NCBI GenBank assembly: GCA_030704615.1
Contig: CM060733.1
Location: 6,200,001-6,264,000 of the forward strand
DNA: 64,000 nucleotides
Direction of reading: 5' to 3'
Source: Takakia lepidozioides
Lineage: Eukaryota > Plantae > Bryophyta
Position 1 is the stretch's first letter. Every line of letters begins with the position of its first letter. This document shows, in pieces, positions 1-10,903 of the stretch. A program made the translations under genes and the position numbers. The notes under the pieces are model-generated. The model was not told the DNA's origin. It ran no database searches and was given only the letters and a program-made list of their open reading frames with translations.

Positions 1-480
1 AATAAGTCCATGACTCAGGCTGGAGCAATAAGATGCGTCGATGGAGCCTGTAGGTAGACTACTTTCGATCGAGTCGAGCGTGGCCAAACCGCAGCCTTGA
101 TGTGAAACAGGACCAGACTGGATGAAGATGTCGGAACCCCAGACAACTGATGAGCAGTAAGACAGCATTTGCTATGGTCCATTCAAACAGGGGGAGCATC
201 AAACTGCACCCATCTTACGAGTGATAACTAAGTGTCTTAATTAGAAAGTGGTAGACACTTCCAGACCACCAGTATGGAACACAGCCACTGGATGATGATG
301 GAGACTTAGAAACAGAAGGAGGGACTTGTAGCATTGCTTTCGCCCATGTATGTGCATTGCCTTGACAGTGCTGCATTTACCTCACGACAACAAGGTCTCA
401 GCAAGTGATGAGGCTTTCAAAGGAGGCTATGGAACACATTTCAAACAGGGAGCCAGCCGCATTGAGTCAGGACACGGAAG

Positions 481-3400
481 ATGGCAGCAGTAATTTTCAC
501 AGGGTTGGATCATGCATACTTGTCTGAATCAGGCACCTCCACCAGGACCATTGCTTTTGAAAGAGGACCAACAGAGAGACTAATCATTACCTCCTCTGGG
601 ACTTGTGGGGATGTGAGGACACTATGTAAGAGAGGACAGCTGAAAGAGGCGCTGCATATTTTGGACCAAGGAGGCATTTCTGCAGACTCCAAGATTTATT
701 TCTTCCTCCTGCAGGAGTGCATAAAGATGAAAGGGCTGGCAGAGGGAAAGCAGGTGCATGCCCACATGATCCAAGGTGGATTCAAGCCAAACAAGTTTCT
801 TCTCAACACCCTTGTCAACATGTATGCCAAGTGCGGGAGCGTGGTTGATGCCCACCAAGTGTTTGAAAAAATGCCTGAACGGGATGTGTTTACATGGAAT
901 ATGATGATAGCGGGATATGGCAAGCATGGGTGTGCTAGGGAGGCTTTGGAGATTTATCAGCAAATGATACAGGAAGGGGTGATGCCCAACAGGATCACAT
1001 TCATTTCTGTTCTCAAGGCATGTGCCAGCCTAGGAGCCTTAGAACAGGGCAAAGAGGTCCATGCTGCCGTTATAAAAGCTGGAGTTGCACCGGATGTTAT
1101 TCTGGAAACTTCCCTTGCTGCCATGTATGCCAAATCTGGCAGCATGAAGGATGCGCAACAAGTGTTTGATAATATGGCTGATCGAAATGTGGTTTCATAT
1201 AGTGCAATGATTGCAGGATATGCTCAGCATGGGTGTGGAATTGAGGCTTTGGAGATGTATGAGCAAATGATAGGGGAGGGGGTGACACCTGACAAGGTCG
1301 CCTTCGTTTGTGTTCTGAATGCTTGTGCTAGTGTGGCAGCCCTGGAAATGGGCAGGCAGGTCCACGCTGACATAATGAAAGCCGGCATTGTGCCAGATAT
1401 CGTTCTGGGAAATACCCTCATTAGTATGTATGCCAAGTGCGGGAGCATAATGGATGCAAATCGAGTGTTCTGCAGTATGCCGAAGCGTGATGTGGTCTCC
1501 TGGAGCACCATGATTGCAGGATACGTTCAGAATGGAAGTGGTATGGAGGCGTTCAAGATCTATGAGCAAATGATACAGGAGGGGGTGATGCCTGACAAGG
1601 TCGCATTCGTTTGCATTCTTAATGCGTGTGCCAGCCTGGGCACCCTGGAAAAGGGTATCGAGGTCCATGCTGAGATCATAAAAGCTGGAATTGCGCCAGA
1701 TGTCATTCTGGACACTGCACTTGTCGTCATGTATGCCAAATGCGGGAGCATAAAGGAAGCATGTCAAGTGTTTGACAATATGCCTCAACGAAATGTGGTC
1801 TCATGGAGTGCGATGATTGCGGGTTATGCTCAGCATGGGTATGGTAGAGAAGCTTTCAAGAGCTATGAGCAAATGGTACAAGAAGGTGTGACGCCAGACA
1901 GGGTCACGTTCATCTGCGTTCTCAATGCATGTGCCAACCTTGAGGCTCTGGAAAAGGCCAGAGAGATTCATTCTGACATATTGAAAGCTGGAATGGCATC
2001 AGATATCATTCTTCAGAATACCCTCATTGGCATGTATGCCAAATGCGGGAGTGTCAAGGATGCGCGTCAGGTCTTTGAAAACATGCCTCAACAAGATGTG
2101 GTCTCATGGAATGCGATGATCGCAGGATATGCTCAGTGTGGGTGTGGTATGGATGCCTTTCAGACCTATGAGCAAATGATACAGGAAGGGCTGATGCCTG
2201 ACAAGGTCACCTTTGTTTGCATTGTCAATGTGTGTGCCAGTCTGTCAGCACTGGAAAAAGGCAAAGAGGTTCATGCTGACATCATCAAAGCTGGAATTGA
2301 GCCTGATATCATTCTGGAGAATACCCTGGTGGACATGTATGCCAAATGTGGTAACATACAAGCTGCGCGTCAAGTGTTCAACAATATGAGTAAGAAAAAT
2401 GTGGTATCATGGAACACAATGATCACAGGGTACGTTCAGGGTATGTGTGGTAGGGAGGCTTTCGAGATGTATGAGCAAATGCTAGGGCAAGGGGTGAAAC
2501 CCAACAAAGTCACATTCATCTGTGCTCTCAACGTGTGTGCCAGCCTGGCAGCCCTGGAAAGGGGTAAGGAGGTCCATGCTGCCATTATCAAAGCTGGAAT
2601 TGTGTCCGATATTATTCTGGAGAGTGCCCTTGTTAACATGTATGCCAAATGTGGGAGCCTAACAGATGCACGTCAGGTGTTCGACAATATGGCCAAACGA
2701 AATGTGGTCTCATGGAGTGTGATGATTGCAGGATATGGTCGGCATGGGTGTGGAAGGGAGGCTCTGAAGACCTATGAGCAAATGATATACGAAGGGGTGA
2801 TACCCGACAAAGTCACATATATTTGTGTTCTCAACGCATGTGCCAGCCTAGCAGCCCTGGAAAAGGGCATAGAAGTTCATGCTTGCATCATCAAAGCTGG
2901 AATTGAGCCAGATATCTTTCTGGAGAATACCCTTATCGACATGTATGCCAAATGTGGGAGCGTAAAGAGTGCACGCCAAGTGCTTGACAATATGGCTCAA
3001 CGAAATGTGGTATCATGGAACGCAATGTTAGCAGGATGTGGTCAGCATGGGTGTGGTGTGGAAGCCCTCAAACTATTTGAACAAATGGTACTAGATGGCT
3101 TGAAACCGGATGGTATCACCTTTATATCTCTCCTCTCTGCTTGTAGTCACGTGGGTCTAGTGGATGAAGGCTGTCACTACTTTGATTCCATGAGTCAAGC
3201 TCATGGCCTCACTCCTACAGTGAAGCACTTTGGCTGCATGGTGGACATTCTTGGCCGTGCAGGGCGAATAGATGAGGCAGAGGACTTCATTAAGAAAATG
3301 CCAATTGCCCCAGGGGTTGCAGTGTGGGGTTCCTTGCTTGGTGCCTGCAGAATTCATGGCAATGTGGAGGTGGCAGAACAAGCAGCAATATCCCTTCTTA

Positions 3401-3930
3401 AGTGCAATCCACAGGATGCGGGCATTTATGTGTTGCTATCAAACATCTATGCTGCTACGGGCAGATGGAATGATACAGCAAAGGTGAGAAAAATGATGCA
3501 GGATAGAGGTGTCAGGAAGGAGCCAGGGCGGTGTTCTATTGAGGTAGAGAACCAGATACATACATTCGTTGTTGAAGACAAATTGCATCCGCAAATTAAG
3601 GATATCCATGCTGAGCTGAAGAGACTGTCCGTGCGGATGAAAGAAGCTGGCTATGTGCCTGACACTCGTTTTGTACTGCATGATGTGGAGGAGGAACGAA
3701 AGGAAATTTCTCTTGGCTACCACAGTGAGAAGCTGGCCATTGCTTTTGGGATGATTAGCATGCCCCCGCAGACGCCCATCCGAATCATTAAGAACCTCCG
3801 TGTGTGTGGTGACTGCCACACTGCTACCAAGTTCATCTCAAAAATTGTTGGGCGAGCAATTGTTGTGCGGGATGCCAATCGCTTTCACCACTTCCAAGAT
3901 GGGGCTTGTTCTTGTGGGGATTACTGGTGA
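481..3930 (+). CDS. PLS-class pentatricopeptide repeat protein with E1-E2-DYW domain (organellar C-to-U RNA editing factor)
   Basis: Uninterrupted 1149-aa ORF with about 26 regular L-S-P motifs ending P2-L2-S2, then E1 and E2. It has a PG box (KEPGRCSIEV), the deaminase signature HSEKLA...CGDCH and terminal DYW. Confidence 0.97.
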   Translation: MAAVIFTGLDHAYLSESGTSTRTIAFERGPTERLIITSSGTCGDVRTLCKRGQLKEALHILDQGGISADSKIYFFLLQECIKMKGLAEGKQVHAHMIQGGFKPNKFLLNTLVNMYAKCGSVVDAHQVFEKMPERDVFTWNMMIAGYGKHGCAREALEIYQQMIQEGVMPNRITFISVLKACASLGALEQGKEVHAAVIKAGVAPDVILETSLAAMYAKSGSMKDAQQVFDNMADRNVVSYSAMIAGYAQHGCGIEALEMYEQMIGEGVTPDKVAFVCVLNACASVAALEMGRQVHADIMKAGIVPDIVLGNTLISMYAKCGSIMDANRVFCSMPKRDVVSWSTMIAGYVQNGSGMEAFKIYEQMIQEGVMPDKVAFVCILNACASLGTLEKGIEVHAEIIKAGIAPDVILDTALVVMYAKCGSIKEACQVFDNMPQRNVVSWSAMIAGYAQHGYGREAFKSYEQMVQEGVTPDRVTFICVLNACANLEALEKAREIHSDILKAGMASDIILQNTLIGMYAKCGSVKDARQVFENMPQQDVVSWNAMIAGYAQCGCGMDAFQTYEQMIQEGLMPDKVTFVCIVNVCASLSALEKGKEVHADIIKAGIEPDIILENTLVDMYAKCGNIQAARQVFNNMSKKNVVSWNTMITGYVQGMCGREAFEMYEQMLGQGVKPNKVTFICALNVCASLAALERGKEVHAAIIKAGIVSDIILESALVNMYAKCGSLTDARQVFDNMAKRNVVSWSVMIAGYGRHGCGREALKTYEQMIYEGVIPDKVTYICVLNACASLAALEKGIEVHACIIKAGIEPDIFLENTLIDMYAKCGSVKSARQVLDNMAQRNVVSWNAMLAGCGQHGCGVEALKLFEQMVLDGLKPDGITFISLLSACSHVGLVDEGCHYFDSMSQAHGLTPTVKHFGCMVDILGRAGRIDEAEDFIKKMPIAPGVAVWGSLLGACRIHGNVEVAEQAAISLLKCNPQDAGIYVLLSNIYAATGRWNDTAKVRKMMQDRGVRKEPGRCSIEVENQIHTFVVEDKLHPQIKDIHAELKRLSVRMKEAGYVPDTRFVLHDVEEERKEISLGYHSEKLAIAFGMISMPPQTPIRIIKNLRVCGDCHTATKFISKIVGRAIVVRDANRFHHFQDGACSCGDYW

Positions 3931-5422
3931 AACTAGCAATGCACAAGAATGACTATGGATGGTTCTCTGGCCGTGCAAGACATGCAATCCACAATTGGAG
4001 GATGACAAATGGATCTCATCTGTCGGGATATGGAAAGTTGTGGGGATGATCAGAGGTGGTGTGGATGTTGTTTAGCTGTCCACAATCTTCACTGCTCTGT
4101 TGTGGGATACTCATTCTGTGTCAGAGGGCTTGTGGGTGCAATTCGAACTCAACGAATTTGCCACATCTGGTTTAGAGCAAGGTGATCTGGCCTATTTTCC
4201 AACCACAAGTTTGTCACAAATCCTGGCTTGGAATTCTCATTACTGGAACATTTTGTCATCAAGTTTCCTAGGCCTAGAGTAAGCCTCTGACTTGTCAGGT
4301 CTATTCCGGGCCAGCTGCTGCCAAGTACACATCCAAGGAGTTTTGCACAGAGTGCTTGATCTGCCAGCTTCATCAGGAAAACAAAGGCTTATCGGGGGCG
4401 CTTGCAGGTGCTGGGTTTCTGAGCATGGTAATGGTAGTGCTTTGCCATAACTGGACAGGCCAGAGGTGTTATGTTCTTGTTGCACTTTCATGTTTTTTTT
4501 TTAAAGTATGGGCAGAAGTTGCTTACCACAATGTGACCAAACATTGGTTTAGTTCTGTTGTTTTCATCATCACTGTGGCTGCACTTTTGCATTAACTTTT
4601 CCTGGGAGTGTAGGGGAGTTATTGGACAGGGGATAAGTCACTTTAGTTGTGGTGTTTGCCACACCAAGAGGACTTTCTTTGCTGGCTTCTGAAAGCTGTA
4701 TTTGGTCTGGAAGTTGTGTTTGTCTTCTGATGCCTTCAGCAGTATTCTTCAGGTTAAATAGTCATCTGGAGATGCTTTTTACCATCTGGCGATTTTCTCT
4801 AATTATCGGTCCATTTATAGCTTCAACTCACCAAATGTTGTCTTCTTCTTGCTCAGTATCTTACAAAGCCATTTTACTCCTGTATGTATCGAATAGATGA
4901 GATACTGTCAATAATGTGTCTACACAATCATGTAGACTGCAAGCAGGGTGAAACAAGGGTGAGTTGGAGTTCATAATTGATTGCTTCACATCCACTAGTG
5001 GTGCAAGTGATCCAGAGTCTGGTGTTCAAATATTAATTCCATGGTCAAATGGTTTGACAGTGTTTGTAGTTGAGTCCTCAAAGAGCACTAGCGAATGATG
5101 GTGGTGGGTGCTCAAGTGATCGACGGTGGATTCTGTACTGGCTGGCATGACATCATCGACAAGGGTGCTCTTTGGGCATACTCTCCTCTCAACCTCAATA
5201 ACTTCAGCAGCAAGGTTTTTATCTATGCCCCACCATAATTATTAGTCTGTCTTTGTAAGTGATCCTTCCAAGAATGTGAAAGTGCTCTTGATCTTTTCTG
5301 TGAATTGATGGGAAACTCTGCTTACTTCCGATTGACTGCTTACTTGGAGCATATCTGACATGTCAGACTCTAACAATGCTTCAGACCGAAGGATCAGACT
5401 GAAGCGAGACTCGTGCTAGACT

Positions 5423-5719
5423 GTGCAACATATGCCAGCAGGAAGGACACCTAGCTGCATTTTGTCCGTCAACAAAAATCCAGCATGGGTTGGGACATCG
5501 TACAGAAACTGGTGGTGTCAGGCTCACTGTAAGATATTAGGCCATTTTGAGCATGAATGTAGAGTAAAGATGGAGCAAGGCTCTGGTGGCATGCCCTCTC
5601 CTAACCAGTTGGAAATTATGTGTGATGATGAAGAGGCGGTTTTGGCAGAACTCAACCTACTGATGGCACATCATGAAATCAACGAAATTCGAAGGCTATC
5701 CGAGGTACGCACTCCATAG
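5423..5719 (+). mobile_element. Degenerate retrotransposon gag remnant (zinc knuckle)
   Basis: WCQAHCKILGHFEHECR resembles a CX2CX4HX4C knuckle; the surrounding sequence has no long open frame. Confidence 0.4.
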
Positions 5720-6234
5720 CTACTCCCGAGGTAAACACGAGAAGCAACATCCACAAGCTCTTCTGCAGAAGAAGAGAGGCATCCACGAAATCTAGTATTT
5801 CCAAGGGAAACTGAACACTGGCCAGATAAGAATCCAGGGAAGTCGAAAATATTGAGTCACTGCTACAAAGGTAGAATCACCATGTCTCCTACGGAGTTGC
5901 AAATTCCTGGAGAATTTGAGGAGTTGAAAGGACCAATCAACGTGGTGGAAAGGACCATGTCATAGGGAGGTACGAATCCTACTCATAACAGTGTGAATGC
6001 GCGCAAGGAAAGGAATTTAGAGGGATATGTTGTCTCATGATTGGGAAACATCTATCACTAAGTTCAGCACTTGGCACCTTTGCTGGAATTTATATGTTGG
6101 CACCAACATGTTGTGAGAACAATTACAACGACGATATGAAGGACTTAGAAAAATTTAGGGGGTACTCCACATCTTGACAGGAAACAAATGACTTGGAAAA
6201 AGCCAAGGGTTTCCACCACATCTTGAAAGCACAA

Positions 6235-6735
6235 TGTTCTAGAGCCCACCGCCCCGTCGTTTTTTCTAGAACTTTCCCCTATTTCTACGCAGGGACCTAC
6301 ACCTCGTGGCTACGCTCCCTGTTTCCCCTCATTGTTCCCAGTCCCACTTCCCTGTCCCTTGTCCTCATTCCCCTGTTCTTGGTCCTCGCTCCCCTCCTCG
6401 CCTTATGGAACGTGGCTCGCTCCCCTATTCCCGGTCCTCCCTCCCCTCCTCACCCCTATGGAACGCGGCTCGCTCCCCTATTCCCGGTCCTCACTCCCCT
6501 CCTCACCCCGGTTCCCGCTCCCCGCTCCCCTACTTATCATGTGGAATGTGGCTCGCTCCCCTGTTCGTGGTCCCCGCTCCCCTGTCCCACTATGGGGAAC
6601 AATGATCTTGGATCGGGAACTGGAGAGCAAAATTGGAGAATGTTTGGGAACATGGTCCTAAAAATGGGGAGCGTGAGGAGGGAACTGGAGGTGTGGAGCG
6701 CTCCCCACCTTTATAGTGGGGGATGAGATTTGACA
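6235..6735. repeat. LTR-like segment containing a ~55-bp minisatellite
   Basis: Bounded by TG (6235) and TGACA (6735). ATGGAACGYGGCTCGCTCCCCTATTCCCGGTCCTC recurs at ~6405, ~6458 and in degenerate form at ~6540. No TSD found. Confidence 0.35.
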
Positions 6736-7089
6736 GGTAGTCTGCCGAAGCCTCCCTGAGCTCAGGCCAGCGGGCCCCACCCCTCACACGCTTGTCTAAA
6801 ACTCGTCGGGTAAGCGTAGTCCTTGCCTTATCAGTTAGGGAACTGAATTCCCGAGACATTCTCCTCTTGGATGCCAGGATGGCCAAGTGTTGTCTTCACC
6901 AACAATCCTTACAGACTTGATCCGTGAATCACAAAACTCAAACCTGTATAGCTTTCTAGACCCAAGTAGGGTGACCGTACCAAATGGGTAAAACTATCCC
7001 AAAAGGAAGAAGCAAAATTTCATAGAGTTAGATATAATGAGAAACAGAAGTCAAATTGTTGTAGTATCACCTACTGCCTAAAGAAGGTC

Positions 7090-7515
7090 AAACAACAAGA
7101 AAGAGGGTGGGTCAAAAAGTGTCGGGAGGTGAGATGAAGCTGCCCCGGCAACCTCTGCCCGATGCAAAATGGATAGAGCTTGAGCCTTTTGTAAAGCAAC
7201 AGAGACATAAGAAAGTTGTAAGAACAGAGATATATGGGCTTCCAAAGCTTTTGTTTTCAGCTGCGCGATGGGCAGATGTATGAAGAAAGTCGTTGAACTG
7301 ATGATGCAAACAACCGAAGATCTCGACCGTCAAAGGGAGGAATCTGTTTGTGGGGTATCGTTCCTGATAGTCGAGCTCCTTCCCTTGTGTGGCTACTGAA
7401 GCAGCAACTCCTGATGATGAGGCTGTGTGTGGAAGGAGATCTGCCCTAGTAAGATCAGTGATGACCACGCTCGCCAATGTGCGCAGCCCGTTGTGAGAGA
7501 TGACAAGGTCACGCG
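7090..7515 (-). mobile_element. 3' fragment of an RLE-type (restriction-like endonuclease) non-LTR retrotransposon
   Basis: Translation RDLVISHNGLRTLASVVITDLTRAD...GKELDY...RFLPLTVEIFGCLH fits the C-terminal PD-(D/E)xK endonuclease pattern of R2/CRE/NeSL-type elements; 5'-truncated. Confidence 0.65.
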
Positions 7516-7802
7516 CGTGAGGAACGATGATCGTGGGCTGGAAGTACGTGCATCTGTTCTCGAAGGTCAAGAACCCCTGCATCACGAGCAACCGCAACTA
7601 CTGCATCGCGAACGACGTCATGAGTCGCAGTATATACTCCACCGCAAGGGCAACGAAGAAGATGGACGCCCAGTGGGTAGATGGGATGGCAACAACCACA
7701 AAACTGCCCAAATATGAGCTAAAAAATACTTTTTTTGGTACTTGTTACTTATGGAAGCGAATTTTTCGGTCCCCACTCTACACTTATCAATACTATGGTA
7801 GT

Positions 7803-10128
7803 ATATGCCGTTGGCCCAAGTGTTCAGTGTCATTTAAGTCATCTAAGTCTAATCATTTTGTTCCTATAGAACCTACCATCTCATTTGAACCGGAGATCTT
7901 TTCCTTGATATCTCTCATGTCGAGGCTCCTATCATTGTGCCAGGAAAGTCCACTTTGCTATTTTTTGTGAATTTTCAAGGACCAAAAGTACATGAAATTC
8001 TACATCTCCCACGAAAAATTATGAGACCAAGCCCGTGCACCCCTCCTCGTGGAGGGCTTTCCAATGGTACCAAGCACCAGGGCTGGGGCCTCCCGGTTTG
8101 GGATATCTCAATGTGACAAAACAAAACAAAACAAAACAAACAAACAAACTATAGCCTGTGCCGTTGGCCCAAGTATCAATGTCATCTAAGTCCCCAAGTG
8201 CATCAATCTATGAAGCAAGACGTTTGTTTTGTCACGTTGAGATCTCCCAAACCCCCAAGTGCATCAATCTATGAAGCAAGACGTTTGTTTTGTCACGTTG
8301 AGATCTCCCAAACCGCGAGGCCCTGGCGCTGGTGCTTGGTACCGTTGGAAAGCCCTCGACGAGGAGGGGTGCACAGGCTTGGTCTCACGATTTTTCGACC
8401 TGCGGTGTGGGAGATACGGAATTCCAAGTACTTTTGCACGTTGGAAATTCACAAAAAATAGCAAAAATGGCAAAGTGGCATTCCTGGGACAATGGTTGGA
8501 GCCTTGACCAGAGAGATATCAAGGGAAAGGTCTCCAGTTCAAATCTGGTCGTAGGCTCTGTGGAAAAAAACTTACTTAGATGACATTGGACACTTGGGCC
8601 AACGGCAAAGGCTACCCTAGAAGTTGCATTTGGGCCTCGAAATAGGAGACGCACTTTGATATATAGGGGTTTGCACTTGGACTTAGATGACACTGGACCA
8701 ACGGCACAGGCTACCCTAAATATATCAATAATGATTGGATATATTACTACTCAATAAATCCATGGAAAAAAATTATTCGGGCCTTCACATGGGAGACGTA
8801 CTTGGATACATAGGATATTGGGCTTAGATTAGATGACAGTGGACACTTGGGCCAACGGCACATGCATGCTACCCTAGATGTCACATTTGGGCCTCGACAT
8901 AGGAGACGCACTTGGATACATAGGGATTGCACTTGGACTTAGATGACACTGGACACTTGGGCCAACAGCAAAGGCTACCCTAGATGTTACATTTGGGCCT
9001 CGACACAGAGACGCACTTTGGTACGTAGGGGATTGCACTTGGACTTAGATGGGCCTTGACATAGGAGACGCACATAAGAGATGCCAAAGTTGGATGCATA
9101 GAAGATTGCACTTGGGCTTACATGACCCTGGACACTTGGGCCAACGGCACAGGCTACCCTAGTCAATATATGAAGCAAGCCATATCTAATCATTTTTTTT
9201 CCACAGAGCCTACGACCAGATTTTGAACCGGAGACCTTTCCCTTGATATCTCTCCTGTCGAGGCTCCAATCATTGTTCAATGACCAAAAATACTTGAAAT
9301 TCGTTTTAGCCATATCTCATCGTTTTTTTTCCACAAAGCCTATGGCCAGATTTGAACCAGAGACCTTTCCCTTGATATCTCTTCGGTCGAGGCTCCAACC
9401 ATTGTCCCAGGAATGCCCACTTTGCTATTTTTTGTGAATTTCCAGCGACCAAAAATACTTGGGAATTCCGTATCTCCCACACCGCAAGTCCAAAAATTAT
9501 GAGACCAAGCCCGTGCACCCCTCCTCGTCGAGGGCTTTCCAAGGTACCAAGCACCAGCGCTGGGCCTCCCGGTTTGGGACATCTCAACATGACAAAACAA
9601 ACAAAACAAACGTCTTGATCGATATATCAATCTATGAAGCAAGACGTTTGTTTTGTTTTATTTTGTTTTGTCACGTTGCGATGTCCCAAACTGCGAGACC
9701 CCGGTGCTGGTGCTTGGTACCGTTGGAAAGCCCTCGAGGAAGAGGGGTGCATCGGCTTGGTCTCATGACTTTTGGACCTACGGTGTGGGAGATGCCGAAT
9801 TTCAAGTGCTTTGGGTCGCTGGAAATTCACAAAAAATAGCAAAAATGGCAAAGTGGGCATTCGTGGGACAATGGTTGGAGCCTCGACGGGAGAGATATCA
9901 AGGGAAAGGTCTCCGGTTCAAATCTGGTCGTAGGTTCTGTGGAAAAAAACTTACTTAGATGACATTGGACACTTGGGCCAATGGCAAAGGCTACCCTAGA
10001 GGTCGAACTTGGGCCTCGACATAGGAGACGCACTTTGATACATAGGAGATTGCACTTGGGCTTAGATGACACTTGACACTTGGGCCAACGGCACAGGCTA
10101 TCCTAGTGGTTTGGGCCCTGACATAGGA
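7803..10128. mobile_element. Non-autonomous Helitron-like repeat array, left part (mixed orientations)
   Basis: Units start TCAAT(C/A)TATGAAGCAAGACG and end with a GC hairpin plus CTAG (GGGCCAACGGCACAGGCTACCCTAG). Many stacked 3' ends; CTAG|TC junction at 9162/9163; inverted units at ~7805-8200 and ~9180-9625. Confidence 0.65.
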
Positions 10129-10494
10129 GAGAGCAACAAAGCCGTGAGTAGAACCTGTGAGCAGATTCTTGGATGCGTGAGCAAATTCAAAGCGTGAGTA
10201 GATTTCTGATGCGGACCCCAAAACCGTGGGAACAAGTGGGCCTATTGTCGTGGACGTAAACTTCACTGCAACGACGCAATCTCCGCTCCATCGGACCAAA
10301 GACAGACAGGCTCCATGACGACACAGTGGCACGAATGCACGATGAAACATTCACGGATGAATGGATTTAGGATAGACGTAAAAGTGAATGGATGAACGTT
10401 GGATGAAGCACGGATGAAAGTTGTCCAGATGAGGGGACTATGGACGACTGTATGAGCATGTCTCGTCAGGGATCAGCAAGTGTAGGGACCAGGC

Positions 10495-10660
10495 ATTAAG
10501 GTGTCATCAACGACATCTTAAATCGCATACTCAACATGAGAAATGAACCCATGAAAATCGTCCCAAGAAAAAAAAATCTTGCCTGGAAAAAAACCATAGG
10601 AGGGAGCTGTAATCCTACTCAGGGAAGCACGAATGAAGATGTCATCAACGACATCTTTAA
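10495..10660. repeat. Two copies of the 28-bp palindrome in the left MULE subterminus
   Basis: ATTAAGGTGTCATCAACGACATCTTAAA (10495-10522) and ATGAAGATGTCATCAACGACATCTTTAA (10633-10660), 138 bp apart. Confidence 0.85.
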
Positions 10661-10903
10661 TCCCCTGCCTTGTTTGGACATGGGAATTTCACCAAACACG
10701 ATAAAATACAAAATAATAAAAGCCCAAAAATGGAGAAAGATTTGGATTTACTTGAACAAAGTGGATCCATGAAGAGTGACTGGTCTCATTTCCAATAGTG
10801 GATCAATTAAAAAACATTGGTGAACTCGCGATAGTGGAGCATATCAAAGTAATTCAGCAAAGTGGAGTCATTGACACATATAGAACTCGGACGAGAAAAC
10901 ACA

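Noticed and set aside
3500-3930. Reverse U-to-C (DYW:KP-type) editing factor
   Set aside because: The canonical PG box, HSEK and terminal DYW indicate the C-to-U type.
8475-8565. Functional tRNA gene
   Set aside because: Only A/B-box and T-arm-like parts are present, with no convincing acceptor or anticodon stems; it is part of a repeat.
7800-10100. The many short ORFs in the Helitron arrays, the inverted-repeat arms and antisense to real genes
   Set aside because: They are translations of repeats or shadow frames with no recognisable domains.
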